Part shown: in pieces, positions 1-9,210 of the stretch
Numbering within the stretch: position 1 is the stretch's first letter
Layout of the letters: every line of letters starts with the position of its first letter
IMG/VR virus record: IMGVR_UViG_3300042544_001590
Coordinates: 143,490-207,489 of that record
Strand: one strand, 5' to 3'
DNA: 64,000 bases
Program-made: the position numbers and the translations under genes
The notes under the pieces: generated by a model
The model's input: only the letters and a program-made list of their open reading frames with translations
Databases searched by the model: none
What the model was told of the DNA's origin: nothing

Positions 1-240
1 CAAGCATATTTAAAAGGGTTGACGGATGCCGAAGACCGAATCATCGACAACCTGATCAATCTCCTAAATGATTCCAAATATGACGTTCCGTTTCCCAACC
101 CCAAGTTGGAAATCGTGAGACATATCATCAAGGATCGCTCGGATTATTATCACAATCTTGCCAAGAGAATTAATAATATGGGTGGATCATTTAGAAAAAA
201 ATTGGCACAACAAAAGGATTATCTTGACAACGCCAGATAA
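1..240 (+). CDS. hypothetical protein, 5'-truncated by window edge
   Basis: Frame open from base 1 to TAA at 240. Confidence 0.6.
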   Translation, partial: QAYLKGLTDAEDRIIDNLINLLNDSKYDVPFPNPKLEIVRHIIKDRSDYYHNLAKRINNMGGSFRKKLAQQKDYLDNAR

Positions 241-258
241 ACAATTAAATCTACACAT

Positions 259-615
259 ATGAAAGAAAACAAGCACATCGTAATCATCGACAATATTGGG
301 CGCAACATCATCGGCAAGCTGGTGAACGAAACCGACACCACCCTGACACTCCATAATCCGGTGATCGTATTTGTCCAGCCAGAACAAAGCGGACAGATTC
401 AGGTTCAGAGCTTCCCCGTATTCTTCTTTGAGTTCATCAACAAGGACTTCAGGGGGCAAAACAATTGGACTTATCAGAAGGCTAATATCACCACAAGTGA
501 TGTTGTTCTAGATGATAGGATTCTCATTCAATATGAGAAGATCAACACTCCTCCGGAGGAACCACAGGCGGCTCCAAGCGCATCGCCTAAAATTATTTCA
601 ATCGATTCTCTGTAA
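259..615 (+). CDS. hypothetical protein, possibly Sm-like fold
   Basis: 118 aa ORF; beta-rich N-terminus IIGKLVNETDTTLTLHNP. Confidence 0.6.
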   Translation: MKENKHIVIIDNIGRNIIGKLVNETDTTLTLHNPVIVFVQPEQSGQIQVQSFPVFFFEFINKDFRGQNNWTYQKANITTSDVVLDDRILIQYEKINTPPEEPQAAPSASPKIISIDSL

Positions 616-881
616 TGTCACCTTCTGATTTCGCATACTGGTTGACCGGATACTTTGAAATCTCCGATAGTAATAATCTGAGTCCTCAACAGGTTCAGAT
701 TATTCGGGATCATCTGGCTTTGGTATTTGAAAAGGTTACACCCGATAGAAAGGGATATGAACCGTTGGATACCAGATCTACCGGATTATCAGCTATAGGA
801 TTGTGTGGACAACCGCAAGAGATTGATTGGACGAAATTACCGAAAATGAAATCATATAAAGTAGAAACAAGATACTGTTAA
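615..881 (+). CDS. hypothetical protein
   Basis: 88 aa ORF coupled to the previous stop (TAATG). Confidence 0.6.
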   Translation: MSPSDFAYWLTGYFEISDSNNLSPQQVQIIRDHLALVFEKVTPDRKGYEPLDTRSTGLSAIGLCGQPQEIDWTKLPKMKSYKVETRYC

Positions 882-884
882 ATT

Positions 885-2009
885 ATGTCAAAAGAAATAG
901 ATAAAGAATTATTCGCCTCCCTGAAATCGTTGGATGATGTGGTGCCTTATGCATCGTTCCTAAGTGAATCCACGCTGTCATCGGTTGATGATTGGATTGA
1001 TACGGGAAGTATGGTGTTGAATGCCCTGATTTCCGGTTCTCTATATGGGGGTGTCCCCAAGGGACGATTGGTGCAATTTGCGGGTCCATCAATGTGTGGA
1101 AAATCATACTTCGCATTGCAAATCGCCGCAAATGCCCAAAAGAAAGGTATGATTCCCGTCATCTTTGATTCGGAAGGTGCCATTGATCCTGAGACTGCCA
1201 AGAACTTCGGTTTGGATACCACCAAGGTCAAGTATGTGGGCTGTGAATCGGCGGAACAAACAAGAAACGCTATTTTCAAGTTCCTGACAAGTGTTAGGGA
1301 GAAGAAACAGAATGGTAAGTTTATTATCATCATTGACTCTCTGGCAAACCTCAATTCTGAGATGGAATTGAAGAGGATGGATAAGGATTCCACTTCTGCT
1401 GACATGGGAACCTTCGCCAAATCGGTGAAGAGTCTGTTGAAGACTTGCACCAATATGGGAACCTTAACAAAGACTCCGATCATCATCACCAACCATGTGT
1501 ATGATGATCCTAGCCAAATGTATCCATCATTGGAGAAGAACATGTCGGGTGGTAAGTCCGCTGTTTATCTTCCATCGGTGAACGTGCAGCTTGCCAGAGA
1601 ATTGGTTCGGGATGAGAAAAATACCCAAGTTGTGGATAAGCTTTCCGCTTCCCAGAAGAATTACTCCGGTGTCGTGCTACACGCTCTGATCACCAAGAAC
1701 CGCTTTGCCAAACAATATCTGGAAGGTAAGATTTATCTCTCCTTTAGCAAGGGTCTGGACAAGTATTTCGGTCTTCTTGATATCATGAAGGGTATGGGTG
1801 TTGTCACATTGGATGGACAGACATACAGCGATTGGGAGAAGAATAAAATCGGCAAATATAAAACATGGTCGAAGGACATTGATTTATGGGAAAATAGATT
1901 GCTTCCAGAACTTGAGAAGCGCATCAAAATCCATTGGGCATATGGTTCTTCTCCTGAAGACGATGATCTGGTGGCATTGGAAGAGGATGATGAATTAGAT
2001 GCAGATTGA
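885..2009 (+). CDS. uvsX: RecA/UvsX-like recombinase
   Basis: IDTGS..LNALISG..GG.P.GR, Walker A GPSMCGKS, FDSE, Walker B IIIDS, TNHVY, SGG. Confidence 0.93.
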   Translation: MSKEIDKELFASLKSLDDVVPYASFLSESTLSSVDDWIDTGSMVLNALISGSLYGGVPKGRLVQFAGPSMCGKSYFALQIAANAQKKGMIPVIFDSEGAIDPETAKNFGLDTTKVKYVGCESAEQTRNAIFKFLTSVREKKQNGKFIIIIDSLANLNSEMELKRMDKDSTSADMGTFAKSVKSLLKTCTNMGTLTKTPIIITNHVYDDPSQMYPSLEKNMSGGKSAVYLPSVNVQLARELVRDEKNTQVVDKLSASQKNYSGVVLHALITKNRFAKQYLEGKIYLSFSKGLDKYFGLLDIMKGMGVVTLDGQTYSDWEKNKIGKYKTWSKDIDLWENRLLPELEKRIKIHWAYGSSPEDDDLVALEEDDELDAD

Positions 2010-2115
2010 AAAAGGTATCCACTTGTTTCATGGTGATTGCTTGGAAGTCCTCAAAAAGATTCCAAGCAATTTTTGTAATGATCACCAATCGCTATTAAGA
2101 TTATCTTTCGGGTAA
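1999..2115 (+). pseudogene. N-terminal stub of an N4/N6 DNA methyltransferase
   Basis: ATG overlapping the uvsX end reads MQIEKGIHLFHGDCLEVLKKIPSN, the typical start of beta-class MTases, then runs into the 3' end of the opposite-strand Mom gene. Confidence 0.7.
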
Positions 2116-2726
2116 GGCATTGGTTTGTGTTTCAATTCACTTATTATTCTTTTACGGTCTTTTTTATGTAGAATGTAAACGTATCTATGTTTTTTCTTTA
2201 TTTTGACCCTTTCATAATTGGGATCAATTTTAAGCAATTCTTCGCGTTTAATCGTGTTATATACAACACAAACACTTCTTTGATTTGTGAGTTTTCCATT
2301 TATTCTATGTAAATAACCTTGTCCAAGCGAAAGGTTATTACCTTGATATATCCAATTCGTTGCTTGATAAATAGTTCCTAAATGATTCGCCATTGGATCG
2401 GAATAACTGACCAAAACTTTTATATTGGTATTTTTTCTCAACCAATCAAAGGTTTTGCCTATGAAATAGCTTTCACTATTTTTAGGTGCTTCATCAACAA
2501 GCCACAATCTTTTCAGTTCCAAAACATCTTTATTCTCTAAATTGGGGGTAATGGATTTAACAGTTTGTCTGCCAACGGGAAACCCATACACGGCAACACC
2601 GATCAAATTATCCTCATCAAATAATCCCAATGAATACCTAGAAGGAGTCCAACTGTGGGAATAGTGGTTTTCCTTTATTAACTTTTTCGCCAAGTTTGTA
2701 TCTATTAAATCAATCGTGTAATTCAT
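2082..2726 (-). CDS. Mom-like DNA adenine modification enzyme (GNAT fold)
   Basis: HYS, LIGVAVYG.P, LELKRL, KNSES, VSYSDP..H.GTIYQATNW motifs of the Mom family. Confidence 0.8.
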   Translation of the reverse strand: MNYTIDLIDTNLAKKLIKENHYSHSWTPSRYSLGLFDEDNLIGVAVYGFPVGRQTVKSITPNLENKDVLELKRLWLVDEAPKNSESYFIGKTFDWLRKNTNIKVLVSYSDPMANHLGTIYQATNWIYQGNNLSLGQGYLHRINGKLTNQRSVCVVYNTIKREELLKIDPNYERVKIKKKHRYVYILHKKDRKRIISELKHKPMPYPKDNLNSDW

Positions 2727-2737
2727 GATTCAATTTA

Positions 2738-4387
2738 TCACTCATTCAAAAACAACCAATGAGCATAATTTATGGGTTTTTTAAATCCACGATCTCTATA
2801 CTCTCCGATGTTGTTGAGATGTCTGTCTTTATTGACCTGTTCGGTCATGTAACCCATGACACCTTCTTCATCTTCGGGATTATCTTTTTTGAGTTTGATT
2901 AGATATTTGGATATGGCATCAATTTTTTCATAATCTGGATCATCATCATCCATCATTTCTCTTAATTTTTCTTCAATTTCTGGTGCCGACAATCCAGCAA
3001 CTTCACCTTCAATATTAATCTTCGGTTTCTTTACACCCTTTTCCTTTAATTTTTTTTCAGCTTCCCATTTCTTACCTCGTTTTTCATATTCTCCTTGACG
3101 AATCATTCTCGCGTCTTCTCTAGATTGAGCTTTTTCAGCCTTTTCATCATCTCTTGAAGATTTACTCACTATTGATAGTTTAAGTTTCGATAGAATATTT
3201 CTCCAGTTTGATAATATTCCACTTTCTTCGTCAGTTATAATCCCCTCATTAACCAAATCATCCAGAAGACCATCATCCAAAGTATCATATACAGATTGAT
3301 ATCTGTCTTTCTTGAGTAGCATTTCCGCTTCGTTTTGGTATGAAGAAGTCTTTAAATTTCTTTTATAATATTTTAAAACCACTCCACCCGCATTACCCAT
3401 AACATTAATTATAAATTTTTGAATTTTTTCATCGGTGATGTCTTGATTAGATTCAATACGAGCCTCAATATTTCTCAGTACTTCATTAAATGTTGCTTGG
3501 GGGGTATTCTTCAACAAGTCTCTTTCATATTTGATGTTTTCTTGAGTGTCTAAACCCACACCTCTCATCTCTTCATCATTATCTTTATTCAAATTTGCAA
3601 TTTGTTGTTTATATGAAATCAACTGTTTTAGAGTATCCCTAAATATAGTAAGGGGAGTGTTGTTATCAACATCGAGTTCTGGTTGAACGAAATTTGTATC
3701 GGCATGATAGATAGACGAAGTTATACCTTTTGGTAATTTTTTAGATTTTTTAAGTTTTTGAATTATTGAACGGGCTTTATTTTGAATAATATAAGCCTCT
3801 TCCATACTCATACCAAACATTTCTTCTTTTTTTGCTGTTGTTCCATATGCGAAATTGGAGCTTCCTCTTTTTTGGAAGTGCTTATCAGCATAATCATAAA
3901 TATTTTTTTGATTTAATAATTTTTTTGCAAATTGCTGGGACAACGCAATTTCTGGATACGCTTTCACTATCAATCTCAACATAAATTCTTGTTGTAATTG
4001 TGTATTATCTGCATTTTTTGGAGCAAATTTAGCATATTCGGGTGTATATGCTCTTGTTTTTCTACTTCCTATTCTTTCTTCCGGCGTGAGTGGTCTGATT
4101 GCTAAATCTTGAACACTTTGGTCAAACCCAACACTTTTATTAATTCCAATCTTTGCAAGATTCTCCGCAGATAAAAAATTGAATAAAGATTTGGTCACGT
4201 ATTCCAACCTTCTATGTCCGAGAGTTGGGCTAGGTGGTGCTTTTGGGTGTCCTTTCATTATTCCCTGCACCTGTAAATATAAATTTTCAAAGTCTGGAAA
4301 TTCATTTCTCCAAAAGGGACTAAATCGAGCCATTTCGTTCAATACCTGCACTTTTTCCACTAGATAATCAAAGCCGTAATTTCTCAT
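2738..4387 (-). CDS. hypothetical protein, putative internal head/ejected protein
   Basis: 549 aa; TAAATA-N5-ATG upstream; N-terminus FDYLVEKVQVLNE. Confidence 0.6.
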   Translation of the reverse strand: MRNYGFDYLVEKVQVLNEMARFSPFWRNEFPDFENLYLQVQGIMKGHPKAPPSPTLGHRRLEYVTKSLFNFLSAENLAKIGINKSVGFDQSVQDLAIRPLTPEERIGSRKTRAYTPEYAKFAPKNADNTQLQQEFMLRLIVKAYPEIALSQQFAKKLLNQKNIYDYADKHFQKRGSSNFAYGTTAKKEEMFGMSMEEAYIIQNKARSIIQKLKKSKKLPKGITSSIYHADTNFVQPELDVDNNTPLTIFRDTLKQLISYKQQIANLNKDNDEEMRGVGLDTQENIKYERDLLKNTPQATFNEVLRNIEARIESNQDITDEKIQKFIINVMGNAGGVVLKYYKRNLKTSSYQNEAEMLLKKDRYQSVYDTLDDGLLDDLVNEGIITDEESGILSNWRNILSKLKLSIVSKSSRDDEKAEKAQSREDARMIRQGEYEKRGKKWEAEKKLKEKGVKKPKINIEGEVAGLSAPEIEEKLREMMDDDDPDYEKIDAISKYLIKLKKDNPEDEEGVMGYMTEQVNKDRHLNNIGEYRDRGFKKPINYAHWLFLNE

Positions 4388-4392
4388 ACTGT

Positions 4393-4415
4393 TATTTAGT
4401 CATAATAATTAAATA
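4393..4415. promoter_or_regulatory. back-to-back T4-type late promoters
   Basis: TATTTA 4393-4398 and TAAATA 4410-4415, each 5 nt from an ATG. Confidence 0.75.
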
Positions 4416-4420
4416 ATGTT

Positions 4421-5152
4421 ATGATTTCATTCTCACAATACTTTCTAATCAAAGAAGCGTTTGATACTGTCACCGAATTCATGTTAAATCCTGAAAATTC
4501 AGATAAGGATTATGATGAACTTATTGCAGAATTCGAGGCATCAGGTGGGGAGGTCATCGGTTCCGGTTCGTTTGGTATCGTGTATTCCCATCCTAAGTGG
4601 CCGTATGTTCTAAAGGTTTTCTCTTGGGATGATCCTTACTTAAAATTCGCTAGATATGCTCACGATAATCCTCATCCATCTTTTCCCAAATTCTTCGGCA
4701 AACCACAAAGAGTAGTCCCCCAATTCACACGATACAAGGACGAAGCAAAACAATATTTGGCTAGAATTGAAAGGCTTAATCCGACTCCTGTTAATGTTTT
4801 GGGACTAATAGATAATAATCTGATGCTTTATTTTCATTTGAAAGAAAATCCTAAATTAATACAAGATAGGACACAATTCATGAAATTGTCTTCCAAAGTT
4901 AAATCTTTACCAAAAGCTGTTTATAATCTGTTGGAAGGATGGTATCTGCTCCGCAGAGATTTACCTGATCTGAATCCCGATTTACACGGAGATAATGTGA
5001 TGATGCGAGATGATGGTCAATATGTTTGGGTTGATCCGGTCTGGACAGGAGATGAGAATATTGATAATCCTCTGACTGCCGCTATGACATCCAAGGATTA
5101 CGAACCTAGTAACATGCTTAAAGGAGGGAGAACAAAGTTGACTTCCCGATAA
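4421..5152 (+). CDS. protein kinase-like enzyme
   Basis: Gly loop GSGSFGIVY, VLKV lysine, catalytic loop DLHGDNVM, VWVDP. Confidence 0.8.
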   Translation: MISFSQYFLIKEAFDTVTEFMLNPENSDKDYDELIAEFEASGGEVIGSGSFGIVYSHPKWPYVLKVFSWDDPYLKFARYAHDNPHPSFPKFFGKPQRVVPQFTRYKDEAKQYLARIERLNPTPVNVLGLIDNNLMLYFHLKENPKLIQDRTQFMKLSSKVKSLPKAVYNLLEGWYLLRRDLPDLNPDLHGDNVMMRDDGQYVWVDPVWTGDENIDNPLTAAMTSKDYEPSNMLKGGRTKLTSR

Positions 5153-5165
5153 GACATGGTAAGGT
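5138..5165 (+). promoter_or_regulatory. sigma70-like early promoter
   Basis: TTGACT-N16-TAAGGT with extended TG, 6 nt before ATG 5172. Confidence 0.55.
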
Positions 5166-5171
5166 AATTCC

Positions 5172-5852
5172 ATGGAAAATACTAACGTCTCGTCCAACAT
5201 CGCCATTTTTACGGCAACAAAAGGTAATAACGGACAATTCCCATTAGCCCAAACAGCGTTGAAATTGAATCTGGATGAATTTATTCACCCAAAATTCAAC
5301 AATCGCCAAGGATTACCCAAGGTTTACAACGAATTCCTAGACTTGGCTATTAGGGAGAAATTTGAATACGTCATGTTCATCCACGATGATGTCCATCTGG
5401 AACACGATCCCCGCCCAAAGCTGGAGAAGCTGTTTCAGGAATACGATATCGTAGGTGTGGCAGGATGTTCCAAAGCAGAAATAGAGTCCCCCGCACTTTG
5501 GCACATCATGGGTGGGGGGTTTGGAGGTGGCTTTCTACATGGTGCGGTAGCTCACGGCAACGCTGATAGGAAGCACATGACGAGCTTTGGTGTATATCCC
5601 CATCGCGTGGTGATGATTGATGGTGTTTTCATGGCATTTAATCGGAAAGCGATTGAAACGGTGAGATTTGACGAGGCTTGCCCATCAAGCTTTCATTTTT
5701 ACGATCTTTGCATGTGTGCTTCAGCTTTAGAAAGAGGCTTGAAAATTGGGGTGGGGGATGTTATGATAACTCACGAGTCACCGGGATTGCGAGAATTTAC
5801 AGAGGATTGGAAAGCTGGGGAGTCTTACTACCTAAACAAATATGGAAAATAA
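5172..5852 (+). CDS. GT-A fold (GT2-like) glycosyltransferase
   Basis: YN, FIHDDV (DxD-like), IVGVAG, IDGVFMA, FDE, FHFYDL, H.SPG. Confidence 0.8.
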   Translation: MENTNVSSNIAIFTATKGNNGQFPLAQTALKLNLDEFIHPKFNNRQGLPKVYNEFLDLAIREKFEYVMFIHDDVHLEHDPRPKLEKLFQEYDIVGVAGCSKAEIESPALWHIMGGGFGGGFLHGAVAHGNADRKHMTSFGVYPHRVVMIDGVFMAFNRKAIETVRFDEACPSSFHFYDLCMCASALERGLKIGVGDVMITHESPGLREFTEDWKAGESYYLNKYGK

Positions 5853-6222
5853 AGAAGAAATAGTCCTCATTAAAGGAGAAGAGTGGAAGATGACGATGAT
5901 TGATGCTCCTGATTATACCGGAAAGTCTGATAGACTCAACCCCAAGTATAATTTTGAATACAAATCGGATTTTTCGTGGGGGGATTACACGAAAGTTATT
6001 TACGATTTTATTAATGATAATTTGAAATCCGCACTGAAGAAGGATAATGTTGAAGACCTGACAGATGATGAGAAATTTGCCATTGCCCAATCAGCGGGAG
6101 TTCGTATGAATAATTTGATGGTTGATGATAAATTCAAATTGCAAACAGAAAAATGTGGCATCATTAAGGATGGTGATAAGTGGGTGGTATTAACTGAAAA
6201 TGAAGGATGGATAATGAGATGA
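5842..6222 (+). CDS. hypothetical protein
   Basis: 126 aa ORF overlapping its neighbours. Confidence 0.6.
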   Translation: MENKEEIVLIKGEEWKMTMIDAPDYTGKSDRLNPKYNFEYKSDFSWGDYTKVIYDFINDNLKSALKKDNVEDLTDDEKFAIAQSAGVRMNNLMVDDKFKLQTEKCGIIKDGDKWVVLTENEGWIMR

Positions 6223-6431
6223 GTGAAAAATTTGAAGAACCGGAATGGTCGAAGGAAGCATCGAAAGAATTTTCTAAAGAATATTGTGAAAAAGTTGACA
6301 AGTCATTTGTAGAAGCCATTAATCATTATTACAATATTCTCGGAGAAACTGATAAAATTGACATCAAAAGGTGTTTACAACAGTGTATAGATAATACCAC
6401 CAAGAGTTACGGATTTAAAGTGAATGAGTGA
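6219..6431 (+). CDS. hypothetical protein
   Basis: ATGA coupling at 6219. Confidence 0.5.
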   Translation: MSEKFEEPEWSKEASKEFSKEYCEKVDKSFVEAINHYYNILGETDKIDIKRCLQQCIDNTTKSYGFKVNE

Positions 6432-7740
6432 AATTGATTTTGATTATTTTGAGAAAGTTCTGGTGAAGAACGCGATCACAAATGGGTCTTATCTCGCTTC
6501 CATCGCTGATTACGTCCAACCAAAATATTTTACTGATAAAAATATCGCAAAATATTTTGAGATTGTCGCGGATTTCTATGAGAAACGGCAAGCTCTTCCC
6601 ACATTTTCAGAGGTTAAAACGTATCTCACCACTGATGAACTCAAGACCAACTTCAAAAAGCTGATTGAGTCTTTCAAGGAGATTGATTCCAACCACAATG
6701 AGGATGAATTATACGAGAATACGGAAAGATTTCTCAAGGAACGGGGGATGTATCACTCCATTTTGGAGTCAGCGGAAGAAATATCGGAAGGAGAAGCTGA
6801 TACTGCCAAGATCGTGGAGAAATTTGAGAAGATTGCGGGTATTAATCTCAATGTTGACAAGGGAATTGAGCTTTATGGTGATGTTGAGAAGGTTATTGAT
6901 GACATTCTGAGTGATGAAGCTACCATTTCTTCCAAATGGCCATGGTTGGATGAGGCTCTTGGTGGAGGATTTCAAGAAGCTGGTAAGGCTCTGTATGTGT
7001 TTGCTGGACAATCCAACATTGGTAAGAGTATCTTCCTTGGTAACGTTGCTGCAAACATGGCATCCCAAGGTAAGCATGTGCTTGTGGTGACTTTGGAGAT
7101 GAGTGAAACGCTCTATGCCAAGAGAATTGCGTCCAATGTGACGAAGATTCCCATGAAGGAGTTCCGAAATTGTGTTCCCACGCTTAGACATGCTCTGGAA
7201 GAGGAACATAAGAACACTGATGGTAGAATTTACATCAAGGAATTTCCCCCATCAACGATTACTCCCAAGCAATTGGGAGCGTTCATCAAGAAGATGAAGG
7301 ATTCTGGTATTAGGATTGATGCTATTGTTCTTGACTACATCACCTTGATGACTGCTGCTGGTGTAAATTCCTATGAGAAAGGCAAGAACATCTGTGAACA
7401 GATCAGAGCGTTGACGTATGTATTTAAATGCCCTATAATTAGCGCATGTCAGCTAAATCGATCTGCTGTGGGGCAAAATAACCCTGATATGTCGGGTGTT
7501 GCAGAGAGTTTGGCAATTGTCATGACTGCTGACGTTATCACATCCATCTTCCAGAACGAGGAAGATCAGGAAATGGGTATTATCCGTCTGGGAATGATGA
7601 AAAACCGATTTGGTATGCGGGGAATGGTTCAAGCCATGAGGATTGACTACCAAACGCTCACCGTTTATCAATCGGAGGAAGATGAGGAAGAGTTGATGAA
7701 CGATGAAGAACTTAGTCTGCTTGAGAAGCTTTCGGAATAA
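6424..7740 (+). CDS. DnaB-like replicative helicase (T4 gp41)
   Basis: Walker A AGQSNIGKS, TLEMSE, IKEFP, LDYI, CQLNR, AES, KNRFG. Confidence 0.93.
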   Translation: MSEIDFDYFEKVLVKNAITNGSYLASIADYVQPKYFTDKNIAKYFEIVADFYEKRQALPTFSEVKTYLTTDELKTNFKKLIESFKEIDSNHNEDELYENTERFLKERGMYHSILESAEEISEGEADTAKIVEKFEKIAGINLNVDKGIELYGDVEKVIDDILSDEATISSKWPWLDEALGGGFQEAGKALYVFAGQSNIGKSIFLGNVAANMASQGKHVLVVTLEMSETLYAKRIASNVTKIPMKEFRNCVPTLRHALEEEHKNTDGRIYIKEFPPSTITPKQLGAFIKKMKDSGIRIDAIVLDYITLMTAAGVNSYEKGKNICEQIRALTYVFKCPIISACQLNRSAVGQNNPDMSGVAESLAIVMTADVITSIFQNEEDQEMGIIRLGMMKNRFGMRGMVQAMRIDYQTLTVYQSEEDEEELMNDEELSLLEKLSE

Positions 7741-7753
7741 AAAACAATTTTAC

Positions 7754-7759
7754 TAAATA
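7754..7759 (+). promoter_or_regulatory. late promoter
   Basis: TAAATA-N5-ATG 7765. Confidence 0.65.
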
Positions 7760-7764
7760 ATTAA

Positions 7765-8262
7765 ATGAATAATTATTTCAAAGAATTGGGTTTAATTTAT
7801 GAAAATATTTTATTAGAGGCAAATTTATCAAATAAAAATCTTTTTTATGGCTTAAAAAGTATGCTGGATGGTGGAGATGATTTTGTATTGTTGACTGATA
7901 GAAACATCGACACGGACAACCAACAAACTATGAGTTGTCAATTTATTTATAAAGGAACTAGACATATTAAAGTTTTCACAGGAGCATTTTTTGAAAATAA
8001 AAATTATAATAATGTTTCACATATTACTGTTACTATATTTGAAGTAACCCCAGAGGGTAAAACAATATCTAAATTGGATACTAATGTATTCTATAATAAA
8101 GGTGGACACCTTGATCTTTCACACGATCCAGTAATATCTACGGTTGAGAATTTTGTAAAATATGTAAAATCAGTATTGGATAGGTCTGATAGGGATGGTG
8201 ATGATGAAATATTACCACCGAAATCTCCAAGCCCGATGAGTAAAAAATTGTTATCAGTTTGA
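7765..8262 (+). CDS. hypothetical protein, putative internal head protein
   Basis: AT-rich ORF with late promoter; N-terminus LIYENILLE-A. Confidence 0.6.
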   Translation: MNNYFKELGLIYENILLEANLSNKNLFYGLKSMLDGGDDFVLLTDRNIDTDNQQTMSCQFIYKGTRHIKVFTGAFFENKNYNNVSHITVTIFEVTPEGKTISKLDTNVFYNKGGHLDLSHDPVISTVENFVKYVKSVLDRSDRDGDDEILPPKSPSPMSKKLLSV

Positions 8263-8276
8263 TAGTGTCCTTTGTA

Positions 8277-8304
8277 TTGATTTGTCCTGATCCCATGCTA
8301 AGAT
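8277..8304 (+). promoter_or_regulatory. sigma70-like early promoter
   Basis: TTGATT-N16-TAAGAT with extended TG, 6 nt before ATG 8311; a second TTGACA at 8324. Confidence 0.45.
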
Positions 8305-8355
8305 TCCTACATGGAATCACCCCTTGACAAATTCATAGAGAATACTAATTATAGT

Positions 8356-9210
8356 ATGTCTCGCGTATTTGCTTGGGTCAACTCAGATTTAGATGGAATT
8401 GGATCAACAATTCTATTGGGAAACCTTTTCAAAAATTTTGAGTATCGCCACTGTTTCTTCGGTAAATTTGAGGAGCAATACCTACCATGGGCGAAGGAAA
8501 ACGCGGATGATTATGATAAAATCTTCATCGTTGGCATGGTCTTGGATCAAAATCTAATCAAAAAGATTGATGATCACCGTGTCGTGTTCGTTTCAGACCG
8601 TCCCGATGACTTCAAAACATGGGATTCCACCAAGATTCAGGAAGAATGTTCATCTTGCACCAAGATGTTATATAAAAAATTCAAGGAAAAGGTGGAATTT
8701 ACTAAAGATTTGAAGAAATTTTTCCTTTACGTTGACGATTATAATTCATATGATCTGAAACATGAGGAAACCAAGTATCTTAATGCTCTTTACCGCAAAT
8801 CAGGGGGAAATCGCTTTATTAATTTTGTAAATCGCTTCTGGAACGGGTTTGATGGGTTCACCACTACCGAAGTTAAGCTTGCTGAAGATTTTTTTGAGAG
8901 ATTAGACGATGAATTGGTTGATATTACATTATATTCAGGAGAGTGGGAAGGATATAAGGTCATCTCCACGATTTCCAAGTTCTCCGTGAATGAATTATCC
9001 CATGCCATCATGGAAAATTACCAAGGAGACGCTGTGATTGTAATGAATGCGGATACTCAATTTGTATCTTTTAGGAAATACAAAGGATCAGAGGTTGACA
9101 TTGCGAAAATGGCTGGTAATCTGTGTGACGGTGGTGGCGGCGAATGGGCTGCTGGTGGAAAAATCACCAAGGAATTTTTGAAATTTAGTGAAACATTGAG
9201 AGAAATATAA
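8356..9210 (+). CDS. DHH/DHHA1 family phosphoesterase-like protein with degenerate motifs (alternative start 8311)
   Basis: NSDLDG motif I; C-terminal VSFR...GGGGEWAAGG resembling DHHA1 GGGH..AAG. Confidence 0.7.
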   Translation: MSRVFAWVNSDLDGIGSTILLGNLFKNFEYRHCFFGKFEEQYLPWAKENADDYDKIFIVGMVLDQNLIKKIDDHRVVFVSDRPDDFKTWDSTKIQEECSSCTKMLYKKFKEKVEFTKDLKKFFLYVDDYNSYDLKHEETKYLNALYRKSGGNRFINFVNRFWNGFDGFTTTEVKLAEDFFERLDDELVDITLYSGEWEGYKVISTISKFSVNELSHAIMENYQGDAVIVMNADTQFVSFRKYKGSEVDIAKMAGNLCDGGGGEWAAGGKITKEFLKFSETLREI

